Assembly: GCA_045659535.1 (NCBI GenBank)
Contig: JAZOXC010000082.1
Location: forward strand, 1 to 60,350
Length of the DNA: 60,350 nucleotides
Source of the DNA: Acutalibacteraceae bacterium
GTDB taxonomy: Bacteria; Bacillota; Clostridia; Oscillospirales; Acutalibacteraceae
Direction: 5' to 3'
The notes beneath the pieces were generated by a model. It was not told where the DNA came from. It saw only the letters and a program-made list of their open reading frames with translations, and made no database searches. The position numbers and the translations under genes are program-made. Below are positions 8,381-17,880 of this stretch, piece after piece (the stretch's first letter is position 1; every line of letters begins with the position of its first letter).

Positions 8381-10387
8381 ATGAACAAGTATATAAGAAT
8401 AGCAGCAATATTCTTAACCTTGCTTATGGTTTGCTCAATGTTCAGCGGATGCTTTAAGCAGGTAACAATCTCTGAACAAACCATAGGCGGAAATGATACA
8501 TCCGATGATACCTCTTCTTCGGATGACACAACATCCTCGGATGATACTACCGACCCCGATGATACAACCTCTTCCGATAATTCCGGAAGCGGCGATAACG
8601 GCTCATCTGATGAAACCCCTTCCAATCCGGAAGATGATGAGGAAGACGTAATCAAGGAATATACCGGAACCGATAGAACCGTTGTTGTTGATCTTAATAA
8701 GGTCGTTAACACCAAGTTCCTCGGCGTAGGCGGAAACATCGTTCCCTATACCTATATGCCCTCGAATACAGCCGAAGGCTACAACGAGGCATACTATGCT
8801 CTCGATGCTCAGCGCCTTAAGACCATCGGCGTTGATATCGTTCGTTTTTGGATCCAGGTTGACTGGTTCGAGAAGGAAAAGGGAGTTTATAACTTCGATA
8901 CCCCCGAAATGTTCTCATGCCGCAAGTTCATCGAAGCTCTCTATAATGCAGGCTGCGATGTTCAAGTAACCTTCTCTTGGAAGGTTGGCCCGGATGCTCA
9001 GCCCTGGTATTCCATCCCCGGACTTGAGGATGATGATAAAGGCATCAGCGCTCCGCATGACCTCGAGCATTTCGGCGAGGAATGTGTTGTTCTCTTTAAA
9101 TATCTCCGCGAAACCTGCGGATATACCAATGTTAAGCATATAACCTTCGGTAATGAGCCCAATGGTAGTTGGGACTGGGAAACCTTAGGCTACCAGCCGG
9201 CATACTATGCATCGGTTGTTGAATCGGTTGATAAGGCATTCAAGGATGCAGGTATGCGCGATGATATCAAGATTTGGGCAGCCGAGGCTTCCTCCGGCTC
9301 CTTCCCGACCTGGCTTTCTTACCTTGGCAAGCAGTGTGCCGATTGCATCGATGTTTGGTCGATTCATCAGTCGGGTCATACCAATGATACCCTCGCAGAG
9401 TGGATTGATCAGATCAATAGCTATGCTGAGCGTCCGTTATTCATCTCCGAGTTTCAGGAAGGCCACATTGCCGACTACTATGAGGGCGCAAACGCAGGTC
9501 ATGTTATAGTTGGTTCGCAGAAGGGCTTTGCTGGCTTCACAACCTGGGACTTCTGGGGTGTTAGACATATGTCTTCGACCGATACAAATGCCTGGGAAAT
9601 GGAAGATACTTTAAGCGAAGGCGACCAGAAGCCCATGTTCGTATTCCATAACCACTTCACCGAGCGCGTTGTTCCGGGAACCCTTTCGTTCCATTACTAT
9701 ACCCTCGGAACCCTTGCTAAATGGATTGAGCAGGATAATAAGGTTCTTAAAACAACAACAACCCTTTCTAACAACGATATGCGCGCAACAACCATCAAGA
9801 ACCCCGATGGAACTATAAGTGTTATTGTTGAGGTTAAGGCATCCGATAAGAATCGCGAGCTCACCATCGACTTCGGTCAGAATGTTGGCAAGACCTTTAC
9901 CCGCCACGTATTCCTCGAGAGCAACTATCCCGAGACCTATGAATATATGGTAGGCCCGATCGATGTTGAATCGATGAACACTCCCAACGGCTTCCTGCCC
10001 AAGGGCGATAAGACCTTCTCGGTTGGTCAGAAGCTCGTTGATAAGGATATTCCGAAGAACGACTATGCCATCATAGTTTATACAACCATGCCTACCGAAA
10101 CCCAGATCGGTTTCCATGAATATGATGATGTTCATGCTCCGAGCGTTCCCGTTGCTGTTGAGGCGGGCAAATCCTATCAGGTTAAGGGTTATATATATGA
10201 AGGCAAGGATAGCGATCAGCTTGTTTATAGCATCGCAAACCCCGGCGAGGCAAAGCAGGGAACCATCTCGGCTTCCGGCCTTTATACTGCCGATGCAAAC
10301 GCAGTTAGCGGCGATGTTGTTGCTGTTCGTGCAGCCCTCAAAAATGACCCCAACAACTACAAGATATTACTTATAAAGATTGCCTAA
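8381..10387 (+). CDS. Lipoprotein clan GH-A (TIM-barrel) glycoside hydrolase with C-terminal beta-sandwich and Ig-like domain
   Basis: ATG 8381 is preceded by AGGAGG (the ORF-track TTG at 8360 overlaps that RBS). Lipobox MFSGC is followed by an acidic S/T/D linker. Acid/base-like FGNEPNG and nucleophile-like ISEFQEG are present. Beta-sandwich segment is RATTIKNPDGTISVIVEV, with a Big_2-like tail. The GH family cannot be assigned by eye. Confidence 0.75.
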   Translation: MNKYIRIAAIFLTLLMVCSMFSGCFKQVTISEQTIGGNDTSDDTSSSDDTTSSDDTTDPDDTTSSDNSGSGDNGSSDETPSNPEDDEEDVIKEYTGTDRTVVVDLNKVVNTKFLGVGGNIVPYTYMPSNTAEGYNEAYYALDAQRLKTIGVDIVRFWIQVDWFEKEKGVYNFDTPEMFSCRKFIEALYNAGCDVQVTFSWKVGPDAQPWYSIPGLEDDDKGISAPHDLEHFGEECVVLFKYLRETCGYTNVKHITFGNEPNGSWDWETLGYQPAYYASVVESVDKAFKDAGMRDDIKIWAAEASSGSFPTWLSYLGKQCADCIDVWSIHQSGHTNDTLAEWIDQINSYAERPLFISEFQEGHIADYYEGANAGHVIVGSQKGFAGFTTWDFWGVRHMSSTDTNAWEMEDTLSEGDQKPMFVFHNHFTERVVPGTLSFHYYTLGTLAKWIEQDNKVLKTTTTLSNNDMRATTIKNPDGTISVIVEVKASDKNRELTIDFGQNVGKTFTRHVFLESNYPETYEYMVGPIDVESMNTPNGFLPKGDKTFSVGQKLVDKDIPKNDYAIIVYTTMPTETQIGFHEYDDVHAPSVPVAVEAGKSYQVKGYIYEGKDSDQLVYSIANPGEAKQGTISASGLYTADANAVSGDVVAVRAALKNDPNNYKILLIKIA

Positions 10388-10429
10388 TAATTTAAAAAAC
10401 GGCGCTCTTTAATCCAAGTGGTGATAACA

Positions 10430-12979
10430 ATGAAATTTAGCGTTAACAACTCTATAACAAGAAAAGAAGTAATCGAACTTGGCACCAGCGTTTTAACAGG
10501 TAAAGAACCTGTTTTGCGCGATGCCAAGGGTCGTCCCTTCGAACCGAAATACGATAAGGGTCTTGGTTATTTAACCTCCGAAACCGTATATCAGCATGTC
10601 GATTTCGAGGCTGAATATCCCTTTACCATAACCTTCGATATGGAAAACTCCATAAAGTTCGAGCAGGCCCTAATCGGCGGCTTTTACAGCGCAAACGCAA
10701 ACTACTGCTTAGATGAGTTTGAACTCTATGCAGCAAACAGCGAAGCAGAGCTTTATAACGAGGCGAATAAAATTGCCTATTATAATAATGTAGGGGTTTG
10801 GTCGAGAGAGAAGAAGGATGGCAACCATTTCCTCTTCACTTTCCCCGAAAAAGCAGAGGGTCGTTTCTTTGGTTTCAAGGTACTCAAACCTTGTCCCGCA
10901 GATAACATCGCTCGTATCGCTCGAGTTGGTGTTTACAGCGAGGAATATACCCGCCGCCTTACATATATAGATAAGTTCGGAACCAACATAGCAAAAGGCC
11001 TCGATATCGAGATGATCGATGAAGATGGCTGCAGCATGCGTTTCGAAACCATCTATGGTAAGCGCATTCACCTAAACGATGGTGTTGCTTTTGATCCCTT
11101 AAAAACTGCTCGTCTCAAGTTAAAGAGAACAGTTGATGCCATCTTCCGTTTTGGAAAAGCTGTTGATATTAATAAAGTTGTTATCGCCCATGTAGATGAA
11201 CTACCCGAGATTGAGGTTTTCGCCTCAACCGATATAAAAACTCTCCATGATAGTCCCTTAAATATTAAGGTATCTACCGAAAAGGTAGGGGAGAGCCTCC
11301 TGTCGGTTTATGAGTTCCAAAGTGTTGAAGCCGGCTATATCGCCATTCGCTTCAAAAAGGGAACTACCGAATATATGGAGATCAGCGAAATCGCAGTTAT
11401 GAGCCCGCTCACAACTATCGATGCTTCGAGCGGCAAGGTTATGAACGAGAAGTTCGTTGGTAACGGCGCAAATGAAGTGCCCTTCGCTATCCAGCCCGGA
11501 AACATCCTGGCGGGATATAACGATGAACTTTTTGAATCCGATTGCAATCGCTTTAAAAGAATGAAATCAACCTTGGTTCGTTTCTGGATGCAGGTCGATT
11601 GGTTCGAAAAGGAAAAGGGTGTATATAATTTCGATACCCCCGAAATGAAGGCGGTTTGGCGCTACTTCGATCTCTTTAAGGAGATCGGAAGCGAGGTTCA
11701 GCTAACTCATAGCTGGAAGATTGGACCCGATGCCCGCGAATGGTTCTGCATTCCGGGTGTTCCCAATCCCAATAATAGTGCTCCCGTGGATCCCGAGCAT
11801 TATGCCGAAGGCTATTCGGTGCTAATGAAGGAAATCTGGCGCAGAGGCTATGATAATGTATTCCATATCTCGTTTGCAAACGAGCCCGGCTTTAGTTGGG
11901 ATTTCCAATGCTTTGGCAACCGCAAGGATTATTATTGCAAGGTTGTTCGTGCCGTGCATGATCGCTTTATTGCCGATGGTATCCGCGAAAAGTGTGTATT
12001 CTGGTGCTGCGAGTCGGCCGAGGATATAACCTGGATCGAATACTGTAAGGAATATATCGATGATTGCGTTGACTACTATACCCTTCATTGCTATGAATGC
12101 CCCGAGGATCGCCTGGAGCAGGATATGATGAAGAAGATTCGCGATATCGATGCTCTGCCGTATCTTTTAACCGAGTGTTCCGAAAACGGTGCCGATTTCA
12201 CCAATCCTTGGAACCGCAGCCTTGCAGGACTTCTAATCGAGTCCTCCAACCTCGGCGCAGGCGGAATAGTAATGTGGACCTATCATGGTATTAAATCAAT
12301 GTCGATTTATTCGCCCGATAGCTGGACCATGAACGAGCGCGGCCACCTTTGGAACTCTCAGCTCCTTGGCGGTATGCCGAACCCGAACTATTATATAATG
12401 GCGTTGCTAACCCGATATGTTGTGGGCCATAGCAAGGTTATAAAGACTGATGTTTTGGGCGATGGAATGCGCGCCGCAACCTTTATCTCTCCGAATGGGG
12501 AGACAACCGTTGTGGTTGAATGCAAAAAGGTTCCCTCGAACCGTTCGATAAAGGTTAAACTCCCGAGCGGCAACTATAAACTCCATAAACATGTTTATAT
12601 TCCCGAAACCTTAAAACCGACCTATGACGGAACCGTTCCCGAGATTGTTAAAACCTTCGAGTGCGATGGAGTCTTCTCGGATAGCGAAATCCCGAATGAT
12701 TATTGCGTTTTGGTTTATACCAATGTTCCCGCAGTAGGTCAGATAGCGCTATCGGATAACCGCATCACCTTGGGTGTTGGCGAAAGCTATCAGTTTAGCG
12801 CAAAATTAATCGACTTTGAGGGCGATATTAAATATAAAACCCTCGGAGGCAAAGGTAAGATTAGCGAAGATGGATTGTTTATTGCCGAAGGCGTAAACCC
12901 GGGCGAGAATGTTGCGGTTATCGCAACCTCCTCAACCGAGAATACAGTTGAAGGCATAGCAATCATTGATATTAAGTAA
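10430..12979 (+). CDS. Two discoidin-like (F5/8 type C) domains fused to a clan GH-A hydrolase; paralog of 8381-10387; no signal peptide seen
   Basis: ATG 10430 with GGTGA RBS (the ORF-track GTG at 10418 has none). Discoidin hallmark is FELYAANSEAELYNEANKIAYY. GH block is VRFWMQVDWFEKEKGVYNFDTPEM, with FANEPGF and LTECSENG. Beta-sandwich segment is RAATFISPNGETTVVVEC, with a Big_2-like tail. Confidence 0.75.
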   Translation: MKFSVNNSITRKEVIELGTSVLTGKEPVLRDAKGRPFEPKYDKGLGYLTSETVYQHVDFEAEYPFTITFDMENSIKFEQALIGGFYSANANYCLDEFELYAANSEAELYNEANKIAYYNNVGVWSREKKDGNHFLFTFPEKAEGRFFGFKVLKPCPADNIARIARVGVYSEEYTRRLTYIDKFGTNIAKGLDIEMIDEDGCSMRFETIYGKRIHLNDGVAFDPLKTARLKLKRTVDAIFRFGKAVDINKVVIAHVDELPEIEVFASTDIKTLHDSPLNIKVSTEKVGESLLSVYEFQSVEAGYIAIRFKKGTTEYMEISEIAVMSPLTTIDASSGKVMNEKFVGNGANEVPFAIQPGNILAGYNDELFESDCNRFKRMKSTLVRFWMQVDWFEKEKGVYNFDTPEMKAVWRYFDLFKEIGSEVQLTHSWKIGPDAREWFCIPGVPNPNNSAPVDPEHYAEGYSVLMKEIWRRGYDNVFHISFANEPGFSWDFQCFGNRKDYYCKVVRAVHDRFIADGIREKCVFWCCESAEDITWIEYCKEYIDDCVDYYTLHCYECPEDRLEQDMMKKIRDIDALPYLLTECSENGADFTNPWNRSLAGLLIESSNLGAGGIVMWTYHGIKSMSIYSPDSWTMNERGHLWNSQLLGGMPNPNYYIMALLTRYVVGHSKVIKTDVLGDGMRAATFISPNGETTVVVECKKVPSNRSIKVKLPSGNYKLHKHVYIPETLKPTYDGTVPEIVKTFECDGVFSDSEIPNDYCVLVYTNVPAVGQIALSDNRITLGVGESYQFSAKLIDFEGDIKYKTLGGKGKISEDGLFIAEGVNPGENVAVIATSSTENTVEGIAIIDIK

Positions 12980-12994
12980 AGAAAGGAGACCGGA

Positions 12995-15880
12995 ATGAAA
13001 AAATTCAGAAAAACAGCGGCTTATGTGTTATCGGCGCTGTTGGCTGTTCAGATTCTAAGCACCGTTTCGCTTGTTTCGGCAGAAGAAGTTAAAACCGAAA
13101 CAGTTCCGCAGGCGAGTGCAGAGGATATAGAGCAGCTCCTATCCTCGGATACATCGTATATCGATTTCTATTCCGCGGTTAAAGATACCAAAAGGCATTA
13201 CGGTTTTCTTTCGGCAACCGTAACCGCAACCGAAAATAAAGATGCAAAGGTAACTGCCGATGAAAAGGAAGGCTATATCCTTTCCGATGGGCGAAACCAA
13301 TGGATCGAATATAAAGTTTCGATTCCCGAAGATGCTCTTTATGGGATGAAGGTTACATATTATGCGCCAACCTCAGCAAGCGGCCGCAACATAGTTTTGT
13401 CGGTTGCTGTTGATGGAACTCTGCCGTATGAGAAGGCAAAAACCTTCTCGCTAACCCGAATTTGGAAAGATTCGGGCGAGATAAAGCAGGATGCAAACGG
13501 AAACGACCTCCGCCCCAAACAGGAAGAGGTTCCGCAATGGATTTCTGCAATGTTTATCAACGAGCAGGCGCTTTATGAAGAACCCTATATGCTCTATCTA
13601 ACCGCAGGAGAACATACTCTGCGAATTAGTATCGAGGAAGAGGAGGTTTATATAGGCGGCTTTAGCTTGGGTCTCGAACCTAAAGCCATGAGCTATGAAG
13701 ACTATATAAGCCAATATAGCGATAACGACCATGTAAGTGGCGATGCAGTAGTAATTCAGGCTGAAAAAGCCTATGAGAAGAGCGATTCAATGCTCTATTC
13801 AACCTATGATAGAACAACGGTTGATGTAACTCCCTATGACCCTGCATCAATGAAACTCAACACCATCGGCCAGTCCAACTGGGGACAAAACGGCCAATGG
13901 ATCAGCTGGCAGGTTCCGATCGAAACCGCAGGTCTCTATAAAATTGCATTCCATGCAAACCAAGACTTTAGCCAGTCGATCAACTCTTATCGAAAACTGC
14001 TTGTAAACGGCGAGCTGCCGTTTGCCGAGGCAGATAACATCAGCTTCCATTATGCAACCTCATGGTATATGAAAACACTCGGCGATGATAAACCGATGTA
14101 TGTATATCTCGAGCCGGGCGATGTTATAAGCCTTTCCTGTGTTCCGGGCGAGCTTTCGGGAGTTCTCCGAAACATTCAGCAAACAGTTTTAAACCTCAAT
14201 GCAATCTACCGCGATATCATAGCAATAACCAGCACAAGCCCCGACATTTATCAGGACTACAACCTTGATAAGAAAATACCGGGACTCGAGGATGCCCTCT
14301 ATGCCAACAAAGCGGTGCTGGATGAAACCTATGAAGAGGTTAAGCGAGTTCTCGGTGGTTCGGGCGGTAACGCTTCTACCATCGTTCAGGTAGCACAGAT
14401 ACTTGGCGACCTCGCTTATGACCCATATACAATCCCCGATAGATTATCAACCTTCAAATCCGAAATTGATAATCTCGCTTCCCTTATACTAACCCTCCAG
14501 AGCCAGCCGCTCGAGCTCGACTTTATCGCCTTTGTTCCAAAAGATACCGCGATACCGAGTGGAGAGGGAGGCTTCTTCGAAGGTCTTAAATACACCTTCA
14601 TGAAATTCTGCTACTCCTTCGTAACCGATTATAATAGCTTCTCGGGTGGAAGCGGAGATGCAAAGCAGATCAATGTTTGGGTATCAACCGGTCGTGACCA
14701 AATGCAGATACTCAACAACATGATAAGCGACTCATTCACCCAACAAACGGGTACAAATGTTAAACTGAGCCTTATCAATACAGGAATGACAATGATTCAG
14801 GCAACCCTCGCAGGAAAGGGACCCGATGTTGCCCTTATGGTTTCAAAGGATCTTCCCGTTAACCTTGCGATGCGTGGAGCCTTGATGGATCTGAGCGACT
14901 ATGATTTCAGTCAGCTCAAATCCGAAACTGCTGAATCAGCATGGACTTCGTTCTATTATAATGGTGGACTTTATGGTATCCCCGAGAGCGAAACCTTCCA
15001 AATGCTGTTCTACCGAACCGATATCTTCGAGGAGTTAGGTCTATCCGGACCGCCCGATACATGGGATGACTTCTATGATTATATGGAGATTATTCAAAAG
15101 AATAACTTCTCGGTAGGCGTTATGGAAATCGATGCTACAAACTATGGTGTATCGGCAGGTATCGATATTTTCTCGATGTTCCTCTATCAGCGAGGCGGCC
15201 GCTTCTATAACAGCGACCTAACCGCAACCATGTTTGATACCGAGGTTGCATACCAGGCCTTTAAGGAATGGGTAAACCTCTATGATGTTTACGGACTCGA
15301 TCGAAGCTTCAGCTTCTATAATGTGTTCAGAAGCGGCGAAATGCCGATGGCCATTCAGGGCTACGGAGCATACAACCAGCTAATGGCTGCAGCTCCCGAA
15401 ATAACCGGTCTTTGGGAATTTGCTCCCATTCCCGGAACTCTGCAGGCCGATGGAACAATCAACCGCAGTCAGAACTCGGGTGTTACCGCATCGGTAATCC
15501 TGCAGGCTGCTGCCGACCATGGCGTTGCCGATGAATGCGTTGAGTTTGTAAAATGGTGGACCTCGGCGGAGATTCAAACCCGCTATGGTAAAGAGCTCGA
15601 AGCTATCTTGGGCGTTGCCGCAAGATATGCGCCGGCAAACCATGTTGCTCTGCGCAACCTGGGTTGGACAAAGGCCGAGCTTGATGCTCTTATGGAGTCC
15701 TATGAATGGACAGTTAATATGGAGCAAATCCCGGGCAACTATTTAGTTTCCCGTTCCCTCACGAGTGCAGCGCGCGCAGCCATGAGCAACAAACAAACCA
15801 TAAGACGCGCACTACTACTCTACAATATAGATATAAACGAAGAAATCACGCGTAAGCGTGCCGAATTCGGCTTGGACTAA
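12995..15880 (+). CDS. Oversized extracellular solute-binding protein with an N-terminal CBM-like extension fused to a family-1 ABC SBP
   Basis: Signal peptide is VLSALLAVQILSTVSLVSA. Two CBM6/35-like segments (NQWIEYKVSIPEDALYGMKVTYYAP and NGQWISWQVPIETAGLYKIAFHAN) precede the SBP core from about residue 560 (INVWVSTGRDQMQILNNMISDSFTQQTGTNVKL...GKGPDVALMV). Confidence 0.75.
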   Translation: MKKFRKTAAYVLSALLAVQILSTVSLVSAEEVKTETVPQASAEDIEQLLSSDTSYIDFYSAVKDTKRHYGFLSATVTATENKDAKVTADEKEGYILSDGRNQWIEYKVSIPEDALYGMKVTYYAPTSASGRNIVLSVAVDGTLPYEKAKTFSLTRIWKDSGEIKQDANGNDLRPKQEEVPQWISAMFINEQALYEEPYMLYLTAGEHTLRISIEEEEVYIGGFSLGLEPKAMSYEDYISQYSDNDHVSGDAVVIQAEKAYEKSDSMLYSTYDRTTVDVTPYDPASMKLNTIGQSNWGQNGQWISWQVPIETAGLYKIAFHANQDFSQSINSYRKLLVNGELPFAEADNISFHYATSWYMKTLGDDKPMYVYLEPGDVISLSCVPGELSGVLRNIQQTVLNLNAIYRDIIAITSTSPDIYQDYNLDKKIPGLEDALYANKAVLDETYEEVKRVLGGSGGNASTIVQVAQILGDLAYDPYTIPDRLSTFKSEIDNLASLILTLQSQPLELDFIAFVPKDTAIPSGEGGFFEGLKYTFMKFCYSFVTDYNSFSGGSGDAKQINVWVSTGRDQMQILNNMISDSFTQQTGTNVKLSLINTGMTMIQATLAGKGPDVALMVSKDLPVNLAMRGALMDLSDYDFSQLKSETAESAWTSFYYNGGLYGIPESETFQMLFYRTDIFEELGLSGPPDTWDDFYDYMEIIQKNNFSVGVMEIDATNYGVSAGIDIFSMFLYQRGGRFYNSDLTATMFDTEVAYQAFKEWVNLYDVYGLDRSFSFYNVFRSGEMPMAIQGYGAYNQLMAAAPEITGLWEFAPIPGTLQADGTINRSQNSGVTASVILQAAADHGVADECVEFVKWWTSAEIQTRYGKELEAILGVAARYAPANHVALRNLGWTKAELDALMESYEWTVNMEQIPGNYLVSRSLTSAARAAMSNKQTIRRALLLYNIDINEEITRKRAEFGLD

Positions 15881-15898
15881 GGGGGGTGCGGATGAATA

Positions 15899-16801
15899 GT
15901 GGCAAAAATTAAAACAGCAAGAAAAGATAAAAGTAGAAATTGGGCCTACTATTCCATGATAGCACCGTTCCTTTTAGCGTTTATGCTATTCATGGTAATC
16001 CCGATTGTATCCTCAATAGTCCTAAGCTTTACCAACTTCAACATGGTTCAAACGCCCGACTTCGTTGGGCTTGACAACTACTGGAGAATATTCACCGGCG
16101 ATGAAGTTTTCATGATAGCCCTTAAAAACACCTTGGTTTTGGCACTTGTTGTCGGACCCGGCGGCTATCTAATCAGCTTTATCGTTGCCTGGTTCATAAA
16201 CGAGCTGGGTAGGGGACCGAGAACCCTCGTAACCTTCATGGTTTATTCTCCGGCACTCGCAGGAAACATTTATTTCATCTGGACTTATATTTTCTCGCCC
16301 GACCGCCGAGGCTTCCTAAACAATCTGCTTATTCAGATGGGAATCCTTCGCGACCCTGTTTCGTGGCTAACCGATACAAAATATAACTTCACGATAGTAA
16401 TAATAGTTTCTCTTTGGATGAGCTTCGGTGTTGGATTCCTTTCCTTCATCGCGGCGCTCCAGGCGCTCGACCGCAGCTATTACGAGGCTGCAGCACTTGA
16501 TGGACTTAAAAACCGCTGGCAGGAGCTTTACTATGTAACCTTCCCGCAGATTGGTCCTCAGCTAATGTTCGGCGCAGTAAACGCAATCGCAGGTGCTTTC
16601 GCAACCGGTGCTGTCAGCTCGGCATTAACCGGTAACCCAAGTACCGAGTATTCAACGCATACGCTTCTGCTTCATATCTCCGACTTCGGTCATACGAGAT
16701 ACGAAATGGGCTATGCATCGGCACTTTCTGTAATATTATTTGCCATGATGTTGCTCGCATGGCTCTTCTGCAGCAAGGTGCTTCGCAAATTTATGGATTA
16801 G
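15899..16801 (+). CDS. Carbohydrate ABC transporter permease (MalF-like)
   Basis: GTG start with a G-rich RBS. Multipass membrane protein with loop YYEAAALDGLKNRWQELYYVTFPQ. Confidence 0.85.
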   Translation: MAKIKTARKDKSRNWAYYSMIAPFLLAFMLFMVIPIVSSIVLSFTNFNMVQTPDFVGLDNYWRIFTGDEVFMIALKNTLVLALVVGPGGYLISFIVAWFINELGRGPRTLVTFMVYSPALAGNIYFIWTYIFSPDRRGFLNNLLIQMGILRDPVSWLTDTKYNFTIVIIVSLWMSFGVGFLSFIAALQALDRSYYEAAALDGLKNRWQELYYVTFPQIGPQLMFGAVNAIAGAFATGAVSSALTGNPSTEYSTHTLLLHISDFGHTRYEMGYASALSVILFAMMLLAWLFCSKVLRKFMD

Positions 16802-16818
16802 GGGGTGCGAGATAGAGA

Positions 16819-17721
16819 ATGTCAAGCAAAGTAGCAACACTTTGGGAACGCATTAAATTCGAGCGTCGTTCGCGCAAGAAGGTTATGCTATCTCGTTCCA
16901 AAGCAGGAAACTTCGGCGTATTCCTGTTTTTGCTCGGAATATCGATTTTCATGATTTTGCCGATGGTTTATTCGGTAGTTCAATCATTAAAACCGATCGA
17001 TGAGATTTTCGCATTCCCGCCCAGATTCTTCGTTCGGCATCCAACATTTGATAACTATAAACAGTTATTCAAACTGGCCGATAACCTCTGGGTTCCTTTC
17101 TCGCGATACCTATTTAACAGTATTGCAATATCAACCGTGGGAACATTGCTTTATCTTGTTATTGCAACCATGGCGGCATACCCGCTTGCAAAAGCCAAGA
17201 ATACAACAATGTATATCATCTCGCAGGCAATCGTTATGGCAATGCTGTTCCGTGGCGACACAACAGCGATTCCCCAGTATATTATCATCGCAAAGCTCGG
17301 TATGGTTGATACCTACTACGCGATGATACTTCCAACCCTGGCAAGCACAATGGGTGTATACCTCATTCGCCAGTTCATCGTTACCGCCATTCCGGACGAA
17401 ACCCTCGAAGCCGCCCGAATCGACGGTGCGGGAGAATATAAAATATTCTTCCGAATTGTTATTCCGAGTGTTAAACCCGCACTTCTGACCCTCGTTATCT
17501 TCACCTTCCAGACGATGTGGAACAGCACCGGAACACAGTACATCTTTAGCGAAGAACTAAAACAGCTTCCTAGCGTACTGTCTAGCATCTCGGCTGGAGG
17601 ACTTGCTCGTTCGGGCGCGTCCGCGGCAGTAAGCGTCGTAATGATGATACCGCCAATCGCCGTATTCCTTATCTCGCAAAGTTCTGTTATGGAAACAATG
17701 ACACATTCAGGTCTTAAATAA
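16819..17721 (+). CDS. Carbohydrate ABC transporter permease (MalG-like)
   Basis: EAA loop LEAARIDGAGEYKIFFRIVIPSVKP in a multipass membrane protein. Confidence 0.85.
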   Translation: MSSKVATLWERIKFERRSRKKVMLSRSKAGNFGVFLFLLGISIFMILPMVYSVVQSLKPIDEIFAFPPRFFVRHPTFDNYKQLFKLADNLWVPFSRYLFNSIAISTVGTLLYLVIATMAAYPLAKAKNTTMYIISQAIVMAMLFRGDTTAIPQYIIIAKLGMVDTYYAMILPTLASTMGVYLIRQFIVTAIPDETLEAARIDGAGEYKIFFRIVIPSVKPALLTLVIFTFQTMWNSTGTQYIFSEELKQLPSVLSSISAGGLARSGASAAVSVVMMIPPIAVFLISQSSVMETMTHSGLK

Positions 17722-17736
17722 GGAGGAAAAATTAGT

Positions 17737-17880
17737 ATGAAGAAATTTTACGAAGAACCCGAGTTAATAAAGTACAGACTCGAATCGGTTCAGAACATTG
17801 CCGATCTTTCTATCGGTGGCTCACTTGGTGATGGTGACGAGTGGGGCAACGAGGATGAAGATGGCGACTTAATTGATTAG
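17737..17880 (+). CDS. Small hyper-acidic protein (47 aa), unannotated family; paralog of 51811-51957
   Basis: AGGAGG(17721-17726), ATG 17737, TAG 17878-17880. Sequence is MKKFYEEPELIKYRLESVQNIADLSIGGSLGDGDEWGNEDEDGDLID. It is below the 60-aa ORF-track cutoff and ends 13 nt before the ATG of the 1,528-aa gene. It shares the N-terminal signature MK-x2-Y-[ED]-x-P-E-[LF]-x3-R with the second copy. Confidence 0.65.
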   Translation: MKKFYEEPELIKYRLESVQNIADLSIGGSLGDGDEWGNEDEDGDLID

